Source of the DNA: Squalus acanthias
Taxonomy: Eukaryota
NCBI GenBank assembly: GCA_030390025.1
Contig: CM059431.1
Coordinates: forward strand, 131,566,001-131,630,000
Direction: 5' to 3'
Length of the DNA: 64,000 nucleotides
Part shown: one piece after another, positions 36,201-49,134 of the stretch
Numbering within the stretch: position 1 is the first letter of the stretch
Layout of the letters: each line of letters starts with the position of its first letter
The notes under the pieces: generated by a model
Told to the model about the DNA's origin: nothing
Databases searched by the model: none
The model's input: the letters and a program-made list of their open reading frames with translations, nothing else
Made by a program: the position numbers and the translations under genes

Positions 36201-38121
36201 CCCCGACCCGCAATCTCCCACCAACACCCGACCCGCGATCCCCCCCCGACCCGCGATCTCGATCTCCCCCGACCCGCCATCTCCCACCAACACCCGACCC
36301 GCAATCTCCCACCAACCCCCGACCCGCGATCTCGATCTCCCCCGACCCGCCATCTCCCACCAACGCCCGACCCGCAATCTCCCACCAACCCCCGACCCGC
36401 AATCTCCCACCAACACCTGACCCGCAATCTCCCACCAACACCCGACCCGCAATCTCCCACCAACACCCGACCCGCAATCTCCCACCAACACCCGACCCGC
36501 GATCGCCCCCCCGACCCGCGATCTCGATCTCCCCCGACCCACAATCTCCCACCAACGCCCGACCCGCCATCTTCCACCAACACCCGACCTGCGATCTCCC
36601 ACCAAACCCCGACCCGCAATCTCCCACCAACGCCCGACCCGCCATCTCCCACCAACACCCGACCCGCGATCTCCCACCAACCCCCGACCCGCAATCTCCC
36701 ACCAACGCCCGACCCGCGATCTCCCACCAACCCCCGACCCGCAATCTCCCACCAACACCCGACCCGCGATCCCCCCCCCGACCCGCGATCTCGATCTCCC
36801 CCGACCCACAATCTCCCACCAACCCCCGACACGCCATCTCCCACCAACCCCCGACCTGCCATCTCCCACCAACCCCCGACCCGCCATCTCCCACCAACCC
36901 CCGACCCGCCATCTCCCACCAACCCCCGACCCGCCATCTCCCACCAACACCCGACCCGCGATCTCCCACCAACCCCCGACCCGCCATCTCCCACCAACCC
37001 CCGACCCGCCATCTCCCACCAACCCCCGACCCGCCATCTCCCACCAACCCCCGACCCGCGATCTCCCACCAACACCCGACCCGCGATCTCCCACCAACCC
37101 CCGACCCGCCATCTCCCACCAACCCCCGACCCGCGATCTCCCACCAACCCCCGACCCGCGATCTCCCACCAACCCCCGACCCGCGATCTCCCACCAACAC
37201 CCGACCCGCGATCTCCCACCAACACCCGACCCGCGATCTCCCACCAACCCCCGACCCGCCATCTCCCACCAACCCCCGACACGCGATCTCCCACCAACCC
37301 CCGACCCGCGATCTCCCACCAACCCCCGACCCGCCATCTCCCACCAACCCCCGACCCGCGATCTCCCACCAACACCCGACCCGCGATCTCCCACCAACCC
37401 CCGACCCGCCATCTCCCACCAACCCCCGACCCGCGATCTCCCACCAACCCCCGACCCGCCATCTCCCACCAACCCCCGACCCGCGATCTCCCACCAACCC
37501 CCGACCCGCCATCTCCCACCAACCCCCGACCCGCGATCTCCCACCAACCCCCGACCCGCGATCTCCCACCAACCCCCGACCCGCGATCTCCCACCAACCC
37601 CCGACCCGCCATCTCCCACCAACCCCCGACCCGCCATCTCCCACCAACCCCCGACCCACCATCTCCCCCCCGACCTGCCATCTCCCCCCCGACCTGCCAT
37701 CTCGATCACTCCTCGACCTGCCATCTCTCACCAATCCCCGACCCGCGATCTCGATCTCCCCCGACCCGCAATCTCCCACCAACACCCGACCCGCGATCTC
37801 CCACCAACCCCCGACCCACAATCTCCCACCAACCCCCGACCCGCGATCTCCCACCAACCCCCGACCCGCGATCTCCCACCAACCCCCGACCCACAATCTC
37901 CCACCAACCCCCGACCCGCGATCTCCCACCAACCCCCGACCCACAATCTCCCACCAACCCCCGACCCGCAATCTTCCCCCGACCCGCGATCCTCATCTCC
38001 CCTGACCCGCAATCTCCCACCAACCCTCGACCCGCAATCTCCCACCAACCCCCGACCCACGATCTCCCCCCGCCCCCCTGACCTGCTCCATCTCCACGTA
38101 TCACGATGATAAAATTACTTC
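33300..38121. mobile_element. Probable Harbinger-type non-autonomous element hosting the 25-bp array
   Basis: Left end ggggggaattttatc. Candidate right end gataaaattacttc directly after the array. No clean TSD. Confidence 0.45.
33708..38095. repeat. 25-bp C-rich minisatellite, ~4.4 kb, roughly 175 units (CCCCGACCCGCVATCTCCCACCAAC)
   Basis: A period of 25 is read directly, e.g. 35170 and 35195. Variant units recur in higher-order blocks. Confidence 0.97.
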
Positions 38122-39030
38122 AAAATTGTGCTTCAATGGATTTCCTTGAGCTACAAAAAGTAGCAAAGAAAGCTTATTAAAATTCAATTTTCCGTTGAAA
38201 GCCTATTAAGTGTTAGAAATAGAGTACACGTTGACCAGGCTCATAGTACGGAAATTAAATCACTGTGGGGCCGTAGCTCATGTTAAGCTCCTCACTTGTG
38301 AGTTACCTGATTGTTGTTGCTTATAGAGATACTTATCAAATCATGTGACTAGTCACAATACGTGCTCTATATTCAAACAGCTTTCACTGATGGACCTTTA
38401 CAGAAATTATGCAATTGAATATATTGCAGTGGGCGTTCAGTTCACCATTGTGTATAAGAATAGTCACTCACAATCCTACCCTCCTAGCAGAAATCAGTGC
38501 CTCTACACCATCCAGATGACAGAAGTTTTGAAAATGATAAAGTGGCATATGCAACAATATTTCCTTTCATGATACACTGAAAGATACTTATTATTGCTAG
38601 AGCTGTATCCTTGTTTTTTCATTATTAGTGCACTAGAGCCTTTTGAGACACTGGTATCTGTTTCAGTAACTGCCTCAGGATTCAGCCCAAGAAAGAAACT
38701 AACGGTGTATAGCAGTATTTAGCATTAATGCTGTTCTCCATTACTGTTGCCCAACAAATGTTGCTGAGACATTACAAAACTCTTAGCAATAGAAATTTGT
38801 CATCAAATGGTCTACAAATGGTTGTGGTAACGTGCAGCTTTGTAAGACAAATCAAGAGGTTTTGTGGTTAGGGTAAAAGTTAACAGAAAAAGAAATGGGA
38901 GTTCCCAGACCACAAGTGTCGATTTGCTGCCAGTGATTCCTTTTAATGGCGGTTAGTGGCTTTGATGCTGTTTCAAACTTTCACAACTTTAATGGGATAA
39001 AAAGTGATTTTATGGATGTTTTAACACAAA

Positions 39031-39229
39031 GGCCCTAGAATTATGCCGTGGCATACTAGCGTACTAACACTTAACAAGTTTGCCTCAAATGTCCCTCTTG
39101 TTTTAATGGAAGCATTAACCTGTTTGAAGTTAATGGGTAAACATCTCAGCCAAAAGAGTTGAGCGCGGAATTCCAGATGAATAATTTAAGTGTTAGTACA
39201 TTAGTGTCCTACAGCATAATTTCAGAGAC
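39031..39229. mobile_element. ~200-bp palindromic MITE
   Basis: Imperfect ~45-bp inverted ends: aattatgccgtgg..gtactaacacttaa / ttaagtgttagtac..ctacagcataatt. Confidence 0.65.
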
Positions 39230-40490
39230 AAAAATGTAAATTTATTGTGTTAAAGAGAAACTCTAGAACAAACCAGCTTTCGTCGTTCAGAAGTTGGCAG
39301 ACAGTATGATGCAAAATGACATTTAAACTTGCCTTCAATTAATTTTATATTTTACCATTCTAACAGCCATATCTTGTATTGGGATGCACCCATTCCCCCA
39401 GTCTGTACGCTCATTAGCACTTGCAAATCACAGAGTGAATCCAATTCTGTCACTTTAGCATCGAGACAGACAATATAAGTCACTGGGGTGAAATCTAGTC
39501 CTGTAATAATACAGGAACTTAACGGTTGCAAGAAAAAGAAACAGCTTATTCACAGAGCTGCACATTACTTCAATAGTATTGCATACTGGCCACCTCAGTG
39601 ACAGTATTTCCAGACACTTGATGAAATTAAAAGTTGGAATTTGAACCAAAGTCTGCATGTCTTTGTGCTTGGCAGCAGAGATAATGCTGACTACATGTTG
39701 GTAGATTTTGCTTTAAGCGGTATTATCTTGCCTTGCGTCTATTGGCTGTACACCCATCCAACTGCCCTTGTAGCCTAGTGGGAGAGGTACATTTCTTGGT
39801 CTCCAGAAGTCCTGGGGCGATTTCCCCACTTGGCTAAAGAAAAATGCTGCTAATGTCCATTGTAGTTTCCAAAATGCTGGAAAATGCACCAAATAGAGTA
39901 GGGCAGCATTTCACCACTGTAAATATTAATTAAATAGCAATATGCTGTGTTGCCTAATATTGCCAGTATTGCCTGTCTTTCCTAAGTATATACCTAGGGG
40001 GCTGTGCGTCAGTGAATGAGTAGGGAAGAAGAAAGAAGAGGAGTAGGTATTAGCCTTGAGCTTGGTGAAGCCTCAGACTTTACTCTTCCCTATTCGCTCT
40101 GTGGTCACTGACGCAATGATTTCCAGCATGGTATCTTCAAACCCACTAAATGGCTTTAGATTGCTGGGCCCTGCTCCCATCCATATCTGCTCTCTTCTTT
40201 TATGTTCTGCTTTTTTTCTGCAAGCTTAGAAGTAGTACTGAGATACTGCTTCAGGAAACCTTGCTGTAGGCATATGCTATTGTTCCATTTGCACACTTGG
40301 AGCTCTCAGCAAGTCTCGCCATACCTTTTGCCATCAAAAACATACTCCACTCTAAGTGGTTGCTGCATGCTCTTAAATGCCTGCAGCAGTGCTGAATATT
40401 CTTCCCCTTAAGCACTCTCAAGCACTGGTAGATTGGACACTGGGAGCTCACACGAATGAATGGTGAGGCCTGATGTGGGTGTTGTGGTGA

Positions 40491-41270
40491 GCTGTGCATG
40501 GCTCTGGCGGGTGCTGTGCATGGCTCTGGCGGGTGCTGTGCATGGCTCTGGCGAGTACAGTGCATGGCTCTGGCGGGCGCTGTGCATGGCTCTGGCGGGC
40601 GCTGTGCATGGCTCTGGCGAGTACAGTGCATGGCTCTGGCGGGTGCTGTGCATGGCTCTGGCGGGTGCTGTGCATGGCTCTGGCGGGTGCAGTGCATGGC
40701 TCTGGTGGGCGCTGTGCATGGCTCTGGCGGGTGCAGTGCATGGCTCTGGCGGGTGCAGTGCATGGCTCTGACAGGTGCAGTGCATGGCTCTGGCGGGCAC
40801 TGTGCATGGCTCTGGCGAGTACAGTGCATGGCTCTGGTGGGCGCTGTGCATGGCTCTGGCGGGTGCAGTGCATGGCTCTGGCGGGTGCTGTGCATGGCTC
40901 TGGCGGGTGCAGTGCATGGCTCTGGCGGGTGCTGTGCATGGCTCTGGCGGGTGCAGTGCATGGCTCTGGCGAGTACAGTGCATGGCTCTGGTGGGCGCTG
41001 TGCATGGCTCTGGCGAGTACAGTGCATGGCTCTGGCGGGCGCAGTGCATGGCTCTGGCGAGTACAGTGCATGGCTCTGGCGGGCGCTGTGCATGGCTCTG
41101 GCGGGTGCAGTGCATGGCTCTGGCGGGCGCTGTGCATGGCTCTGGCGGGTGCAGTGCATGGCTCTGGCGGGCGCAGTGCATGGCTCTGGCGGGCGCAGTG
41201 CATGGCTCTGGCGGGCGCTGTGCATGGCTCTGGCGGGTGCAGTGCATGGCTCTGGCGGGCGCTGTGCATG
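40491..41270. repeat. 22-bp minisatellite, ~35.5 units (GTGCATGGCTCTGGCGGGTGCW)
   Basis: Period 22. The first and last TGCATG end at 40500 and 41270, exactly 35 periods apart. Confidence 0.97.
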
Positions 41271-41743
41271 ACTCAGGCAGTCACAGTGTCTGCACTGCAA
41301 CATTCTCACTGCCTCCATGCCAAATCAGAAAAGCTTCCTTGTTGCATCATCTGCTATGAGGAAGCAGGTAATGGGATAGATAAATGTCAATGAAAGACAG
41401 TTGCCCCTGTGATTTTTTTTTAAAAGACAGATATGTCTGAAACCAAAGTGTGCAAAATGTGATAGATTTTTATACTGGGAAAATTAAGATGAACTTTGGG
41501 CCAATTCAGGTATGGAATTCAGTATGATATTCATCTACAGTACTCATTTCTCCTGAATCTTTGGAATATATTCCCCTTGATTTTTTTTAAATCCCTTGAC
41601 GTGTGATTATTGCTATGTTTTGGAAGTAATGTAATGTGTAATCTTTTCTCGCTGTGGCTATTTACAGGGCTTTTTGAGTTTGTTTTGTTTTATAAAGCAA
41701 TGTGCCAGTGGCTATTGATTGAAGGTGACTGCATAGCGAAATC

Positions 41744-42059
41744 GAATCACAGAATCACAGAATCCCCACAGTGCAGATAGAGGCCATTTCGGCCCATCGA
41801 GCCTGCACCGACACATATCCCACCCTATCCCCGTAACCCCACGTATTTAATCCCCCTAACACTAAGGGTCAATTTATCATAGCCAAATCAACCTAACCCG
41901 CACATCTTTGGACTGTGGGAGGAAACCGGAGCACCCGGAGGAAACCCACACAGACACGGGGAAAATGTGCAAACTTCACACAGACAGTCACCCGAGGCCG
42001 GATTCGAACCCGGGTCCCTGGCGCTGTGAGGCAACAGTGCTAACCACTATGCCACCGTG
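41744..42059 (-). mobile_element. HE1-like V-SINE (elasmobranch), near full length
   Basis: Minus strand has A box tggcatagtgg, B box ggttcgaatcc, the V-domain gtgggtttcctccgggtgctccggtttcctcccacagtccaaaga, and a CR1-type tail (gattctgt)n. Confidence 0.92.
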
Positions 42060-43394
42060 AATGGATCAAAATCTGTGATAACACGAAGCAATTGGAGATA
42101 GATTTGCAGCACAGAGTTACCCCAACTTTTCCCAGTTTATTGCAGCGTAGTGTCCTCTGTGGTGCCGGTGTAATATTTCTGTTTCCTATACTTCATGGGA
42201 TTTTTAGTATGATTGCCTATTTTGCGCTAGATCCATTAGAACTTATATGCTGTGGACTTGTGTCCACTGGGAGCATGATTGAGGCTTCACTTGATATCGT
42301 CAGCCATCAGGAGGGATTTGAATTTGTCTCTGTGTGATGGATGTCAGCCCAGGTTCCAGAGGTGAAAGGATACATGTGGAAATAGTCACCTCTAATTCAT
42401 TTGTACCCACACTGCCCAGTCCTATCTGTGTATATGATATGAAGAGTTTTTGTGGAACTCCCCAAGATCTGTTTTTGCATCGATAACACTTTCAGGGTTA
42501 AGTGCACCATTTTAAGTTTGTCACTGTGTAAACAGGCATGGAGAATTTATGCCAAAGTGAGCTAAATTGAAACAAAATTGTTCAAATCTGTGTGATCATG
42601 GTTTTGGAAGTTTGGAGTGATTTGTTTGAAAACAGGAGATTGCTAGGCTATACTCAAATAGGAGCAGTTTGGAAACACTGGAACTGAGCTCACTGGGGCT
42701 GGACCATCAAATGTTATGGATGTAAAGAATCAGCAGCTCCTGTGAAAGTGTAGCTGGCAGTCTCTTTACTATAATGTTGCCTGAGGAAGCCAGCTTACCC
42801 TTTGCACTTGACATTGTGCAGTGCATGCAAACAATTTTTCTGACAGTGTTGCTTTTGTGTAGAAGTGGTTACATTGAAGTAACATCCTTTGCTTTTTGAG
42901 CGAGCATGGTGTGAGCTATCTGCAGGAAGTTAGAAGGGTCAGCGAGGGGAATTACTTTTTATGTAAAGGATGTCCTCTTCAGGTCACAGGAGACACGTCT
43001 GCACTATCAATTACAGTAACAGAGCCGCAGTCTTGATCCATTTGCAGCTTGGTCTGATGGGTAGATTTTGCTTTGATCTATATTCCAGGTCTCTCGAGCT
43101 TCTGTGGGGAGAAGATTAGATCTATCGACAGGCCATAATGGAGCATGTGGGCCAGCTGTCGGTCATTGTCAGGATGGAAAAGACAGACTAATTCTGAAAT
43201 AGGGCATCTGTCATTTGCTTGTTCCTTGTAAGGCTTCATTGAGTCTTACTAATCCAGTTTGCATTCACATCTCCTTCTGAGAATTGATGCTGCCTAGCTC
43301 CAAATTGTGCTAACCTGGTAATTAACAAATTTGAGAAAAAAAATGTGTTCTGAGTAATGTAATTTAAATAAAAAGTAAGCATGATTCATTGCAC

Positions 43395-43521
43395 TTCTGA
43401 TGAAGGGTCTGCACCGGACATAACTTACCTGTTCTCTCCAAAGTTACTGTCTGACCTGCTGAGTGTTACCAGCATTTTTGTTTTTAGTCATATTTCTAGC
43501 ATCTGCCACATTTTGGCTTTC
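43395..43521 (+). mobile_element. Degraded Penelope-like terminal fragment with broken hammerhead motif
   Basis: Similar to the reverse complement of 56301-56435 (ctgatgaagggtc...tctgacctgctgagt...agcatctgc). The GAAA core is lost. Confidence 0.7.
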
Positions 43522-43917
43522 AGTTCCCATAGTATATTGTGCTTGGTAATCTGGAAGTGGGGAAAGGTGATAGATTTAGTGAATCATGCGGGTCTGATCT
43601 GGGACCCTGATGTATAAAATTTGTGACTTTAATTTTCCAAATCTCCTTGAGTATGTCTTTTATTCAGCCAAAATTAACACTAGATTCAGTAGCAAGATCT
43701 TTCTTTGAAAGGAAAATTAAGGACCTTGAAAATAAATGATTAAATACAACTGAATTTAACCATGCCCTTAAAACTGTACAAGTGCTTGACGTGCTTGTCT
43801 GAAATTACTCTCTCCACTATTTTAGCACAAGCATCAACCCATTTAAAATAAATGGGTTAAAATAAAATAAACGTCTGCTAGAATAACAAAGAGAAAAGTT
43901 TCAGACTATAGCATTAA

Positions 43918-44795
43918 GGGGGAAAAATTCAGTATCGCCCCGTTTGGGGTGCAATTATCGGCCTGGCGCTAATTATCACCTCCGACTGCAAACTTGACTT
44001 TTATCGCCCCTGGAGGTGATTGGAGCGCTAAATCAGGCGCTACACATCTGTCTTAAGGCGCAAAGGCCGAGGAGCGAGGCGCTAACTCAGAGCGCTGGCG
44101 AAGCTCATGTGATGTCAGTCAGCAATGGAACACAGACACAATGGCCCCAGCCAGTTCTTAAAGGGGAGGGTTGATCTTGCTTTCCATCCACATCCTGCTC
44201 ATTGCAGCCTTGAATCTCGGCCTGGAGAGACCTGTACATCAAATCTGCTGGAAAGAACAATGGAGAGGCCCAAGGAAAGAGCTCAGAGTGCAGCCCCCAC
44301 AGTCTCTTCTAAATAGATACAAGGAAGGGCAAATCAAAATGAACCTGCAAAGTGCTGCTCAGTACCCAAAACTCCTTCACACAGCGTTGAATCTCTCCAG
44401 AAGTCTCTCTCTCTCTCTCTCTCTCAGGATGCGTGGTTCAAAAATGGCACCAACAATAAAAGGCAGGAAGCGGTCGCCTTTAAATAGCGCTCCCCCAGTC
44501 CCTTCCTGACTGCAAAACGCTCCCCTCAACCTGTCGTTGCTAGCGGCAGGTGGTAAGGCAGGGGGCGCCACTCAATATCCACTCCGGGGTGCTACCGGGG
44601 CGTTGCGCACTCGACTGATGTCACGATCTGCCAGCGCAGGAGATCGTGGTGGTACTGTTTAGCGCCGCCGCAAAATGTCTAGTTAATTTCGCGAGCGGCG
44701 CAAACATCGCCGCGCCCGGGCGCTAGTTGCTTTGTGCCCCATTAGCGCCCTCTTAAGGCGCTAACGGGAGGCGCAACCAACTGAATTTTCCCCCC
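43918..44795 (-). mobile_element. Harbinger-type MITE, subfamily B (uninterrupted)
   Basis: TIRs gggggaaaaattc / gaattttcccccc. TAA TSD at 43915-43917 and 44796-44798. Confidence 0.92.
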
Positions 44796-45067
44796 TAAGT
44801 GTTCATACCTATTATTCCCCCCTCCCCCCGTCACCAAGCGTAATTTCAAGGCCCACGTTTTGAAGATGTCGTCATCCTCTAAAAATATTGAATCAACTCT
44901 AAATGTAGCTTACTGAATATATGGAATGCATCAAAGCATTATCAAATTGTAGTGCCCATTGCTCCCATATCCTAATCAGACATTTCCTATCGATTATTCT
45001 TTTTTCCATATTTCCCTGTAAACACAAGTAGAGGTGTAACACTGAATAAAAGTAGAGAAACAAAGAA

Positions 45068-45070
45068 GTT

Positions 45071-45111
<41 letters not shown>

Positions 45112-45500
45112 TGTGGGTTTAAGCCCCACTCCAGAGAACTAAGCACAAAATCTAGGCTGACACTCCAGTGCAGTACTGAGGGATTGCTGCACTGTTGGAG
45201 GTGCCATCTTTAGGATGAGATGTTAAACCGAGGCCTCGTCTGCCTTCTCAGGTGGATGTAAAAAATCCCATGGCACTATGTTGAAGCAGAGCAGGGGAGT
45301 TCTCAAGGCCAATATTTATCCCTCAATCAACACCACTAAAACAGATTATCTGGTCATTATCACACTGTGGGAGCTTGCTGTGCGCAAATTGGCTGCCATG
45401 TTTCCTACATTGACTAAACTTCATTAGTACTTCATTGGCTGTAAAGTGCTTTGGGACGTCTGGAGGTTGTGAAAGACACTATATAAATGTAAGTTCTTTT
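45068..45500 (+). mobile_element. tRNA-headed Deu-domain SINE, near full length with L2-like tail
   Basis: Colinear with 26635-26990. Ends gtaaagtgctttgggac...ctatataaatgtaagttcttttt. Confidence 0.88.
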
Positions 45501-48500
45501 TGTTCTTTCTATACTGCTCATTATGTGCTTTCACTAGTGCAGACAGGAACTGTTTGCTTTATTATTTAAGATTAAAACATGTTGGAGCAAAGGTCTACTC
45601 TGTTTACTACTTGCAGCAAAATCGTAAATGTAGGTATAAAGAATACATTTGTGATAATGCTACGCATAATATATATAAAAAATCTTCCTCCGTATTTACA
45701 ATTCACTGTTGAGTCTCAAGTTATTTTTCTCTTCCATGTTCTCTGCTTCTCCTGGTTCTACTTTTCTCACATGGTTATGTTCTGTTGTGTGCCTCTCGTG
45801 CCTCTTCTGCTGTCCTTCTGTGCTTCTCTCCCTGTTAATGCTCGGTGTCCATCTTAATTTCCCATATCTCTTACACCCACCTTATCTGCCATCTCCTGTT
45901 GCCCCCTTGACCTGCCTTTGTAAAAGTTTGTTGACCCCTTACTCTGGATTAATTCTGGCACATTGAGCTGTGTTGTCAGGAGAGACATGATGAACCACTG
46001 TGTATATTTTCCTCTGTTTATGAAAAGGTCGACGTGAGTATATATTCATTGGTACTTTTTCACTAACATTAGCAGAGAGGAAAAAAGATGCATTGGCCTT
46101 CCAATATATTCTGCTTTCCCTGCATTTAATTTCTCTTCTCTTATTTCCATATTTGGGGTTAAAACCCAGTGAATTCCAAACAGAAATGGGACGTTCTGCT
46201 TTGAAGATGCAGTTTTAAAGTGCAATCTTTCTGCTCTCTGAAGAGTATCTCGGTTGATTATAAATGATGTAGAATTAGAAGTGAAGGGAGATGAGACCAT
46301 TCAGTGGGCAGCGGGAAATCTATATTTCACACAACAGTTACTGAGTTGTTGAAGCAGAGAATGCCTTGTCATAATGGTTAGCACACATGGAGCGTGCAGA
46401 CCTCCCTGCTCCATCACTGCCAAACTATCCGCTGCATCCAGACTGGAGTATCACTGTGAAGGATTAGGTACCACACCAGTAACTGAAAAATAATGTCCCT
46501 ATTTTGTCTGTAATGCAGAAATCAGGTAGAAATAGGATTTTAATGGCTGTTTAACTCAACTGGGCAGTGGTAACCACAAAAAAACTGAATAGCTGTATAA
46601 ATATTCGAGGATACTGTATGTGCCGTTAATATACAGCAGAGACAATGGTGATTAACATACATTACTCTAACAAGAACTGTTTGATTCAGGAGAAGTTATT
46701 AGCCATATCAAACCGAATCGGTGCTCTATTATTGCAGTTGAGCTTGTTTCAATTAATATTGAGCGATAATAGATATTCATTAACTGTATGTGTGATTCTT
46801 TTGAAGCTCAAATTGCAATTTAAAGATTGGAGTTAAAATTCATGTAGTATTCATTTATATCTTGTTGAAAGATTATCAGCTTATCACTTGCGGTGTGAGA
46901 TTCTCCAATGAATATAAAACATGCATAATGTTTCAAATTTCCTGGATTCGTGCTGGTAATAACAAAAACCTGCTGCTAAAGGCTTAAACTAAATCCTAGG
47001 TGGCTGTTGATTTAAAGGCCAACCACAAGAGCTCAGAAAACTAAAATAATTACATTTTCTTTGGTGAAATTGCACTGCAGGGAACCTGTCTGTTTTGTGT
47101 CTGCAATCGGTGACCCTCCCCCAAGAGTTAATTCAAGCTTTACAATTAGACCAAAGCTGATAATTACACGTGTGCAGTGAAAGCTAAACAGCAGATACCA
47201 TAGAAAGACTGTTGCCAAGGTGTTTAATTATGTTGTGCCAAGTGGAAACTCGAGAATTTATTAATAAGGTAGTCAGCAAACATTAAACGATTCAATCTTA
47301 CATCAGTTAACTCGCACATAAAGTCAAATGATGTTGAGTTTTAGTGCCCTGTGAAAATTACTTTCACCGAAAGTGTTGTGTATCGAGTGTGTCCTGTTGT
47401 GCCTTTGCTTTATAGGTTTGTGTCAGAGCATTTGTAGTGTAAATAAAGCCATGCAGGCAAGCGTGAAATTGAGAGGATTCCTCCGACCTGTGAGAACAGA
47501 TGGGAATGAATGGAAGGAGGTGACGCTATAGCTGATACCGACATTTCATGAAGCAATGATTCATCTAGTGATGAAGTAGGAATGCAAGGGAATTTTCCTC
47601 ACAAACACTGTAACAATAATAGTCACTCCAAATGAAGAAATTAGACCAACAGTTGTGAATTGACAAAAACAGAAAAATAGTCGGCTTTATTGAGCTATAA
47701 AACCGGGTTTGTGTTGAGCTGGTGGAAGAGTTGGATTCTTGCATGTAGCCAACTCTTCAAGCACAAAGAATTAGCTGCCGATAAACTGTACGGCACACAA
47801 CATTAGAAGCATTTCCAGAAATGATTTGTTTCAGTGATTATTTTTCCCCATGAGCCATTTCCCATGAGTCTGGAATGTCATCTGCCAGTTTCACTGAAGT
47901 AAGTAGTGTAAATGAGGTGTGTGGCTTGTAAGCAGAGCTTTTTACTGAAAAACAAATAACCTCATCACACCAGGATACAGGTACATTAAGAACTATCCCA
48001 TGGACGTTCTGACAAAGGGTGTGCACTTAAATTTAACCTGCCTTTTCAAATGCTGTCATTTTTTTAATAACATCTCTGTCTTATTTCAGAATTCTAGCAT
48101 TTGTGTTCTTGTTTCTTTTTATCTCTGGCCCATTTAGGTTATGTGTTGTGATGTTACTTTGATTTATTTTTCAATGACATGCACTTCTCACTTTCATTTA
48201 GCCTCTATTTCTAGTTGTATTGTGTGTGTTTTTTTTGGAATGATGTCCTGTAAAATCAGTGAAAAATATAATCAAAGAGATGTCCAAGACATGTCTCTTT
48301 CTACTGCAGTCAACAAGAATGGATCTTTCCTTGAGTATAGTGCAGAGATTTTGTTACACTTGATAAAAATAGCCAGTGTTCCTTCTTTATTCCTATAACC
48401 ACAAAGTACTAAAATTCAGTCTTCTCGAACTCCCTATCCATTACCTCTTGCTATCCACTTGCTGGTGTAACACCAATTTCAAGAGAAGTAACCAGCTTTT

Positions 48501-49134
48501 GGTCTTCCTTATGGAGTAGTTGCACAGGCAAATTATTGTATGAAAATCATACTTACTGCAGGTTTCCATGTTTGGGAAAGGCGATGTGTGACTTACGTCT
48601 GACCATTCACCTCACCCTCATTTCTATACAGTTTGTCTACATTTTATTACATCCAAGCCTATTACTTAGATATCTCTTAGATTTTCTATACAATGCAAAA
48701 AATGGAAGGCTTTGATAGGGCAAAGCAGCCTGTGAATCCCAGTGAATTTAGCTAAATGCATACCTTCACCCTTGTAAAAATTTTGTTCTGTAGGTTTGCA
48801 TATGTACGCAATATGTAGCAAGCGCTATTTCCCAGCCAGCTGCCTTGTGTAAGCATTATGGACGTGACTTTTATACCAGTGGGATCAGTGTGATCAATAT
48901 TCCAGATTCTACAGGAGGTCTGTGTCATAGATGAGCTATACTCAGATCCTGCTTAACATTGATTGCCCTTTAGAAGTATAGAACCAGGTTAATGATCATT
49001 TTAAATTGATGACCCCTCATTACTGACTTCCCAGCAGAGGAAATAACCTTATTTTATTTACCCCATCAAAACCTTCATTATTTTTTAAACTCTATTAAAT
49101 TTCCTCATGGCCTTCTTTGCTACAACTACAACAA

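Noticed and set aside
33520..38104. Very long ORFs (1483, 1341 and 1325 aa) rich in G/R/W
   Set aside because: All three minus-strand frames are open because the 25-bp unit has no stop codon. The peptide is simply the repeat read in rotating frames.
32213..41270. CRISPR-like appearance of regularly spaced repeats
   Set aside because: Units are directly adjacent without unique spacers, there are no cas genes, and the context is a vertebrate intron.
40251..41393. Cys/His-rich repetitive ORFs resembling small proline-rich or metal-binding proteins
   Set aside because: All six frames are open across a 22-bp repeat whose length is not a multiple of 3, so there is no frame preference.
41985..42059. 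tRNA gene (also the heads at 26635 and 45068)
   Set aside because: The A/B boxes continue directly into SINE bodies, so these are tRNA-derived SINE heads.
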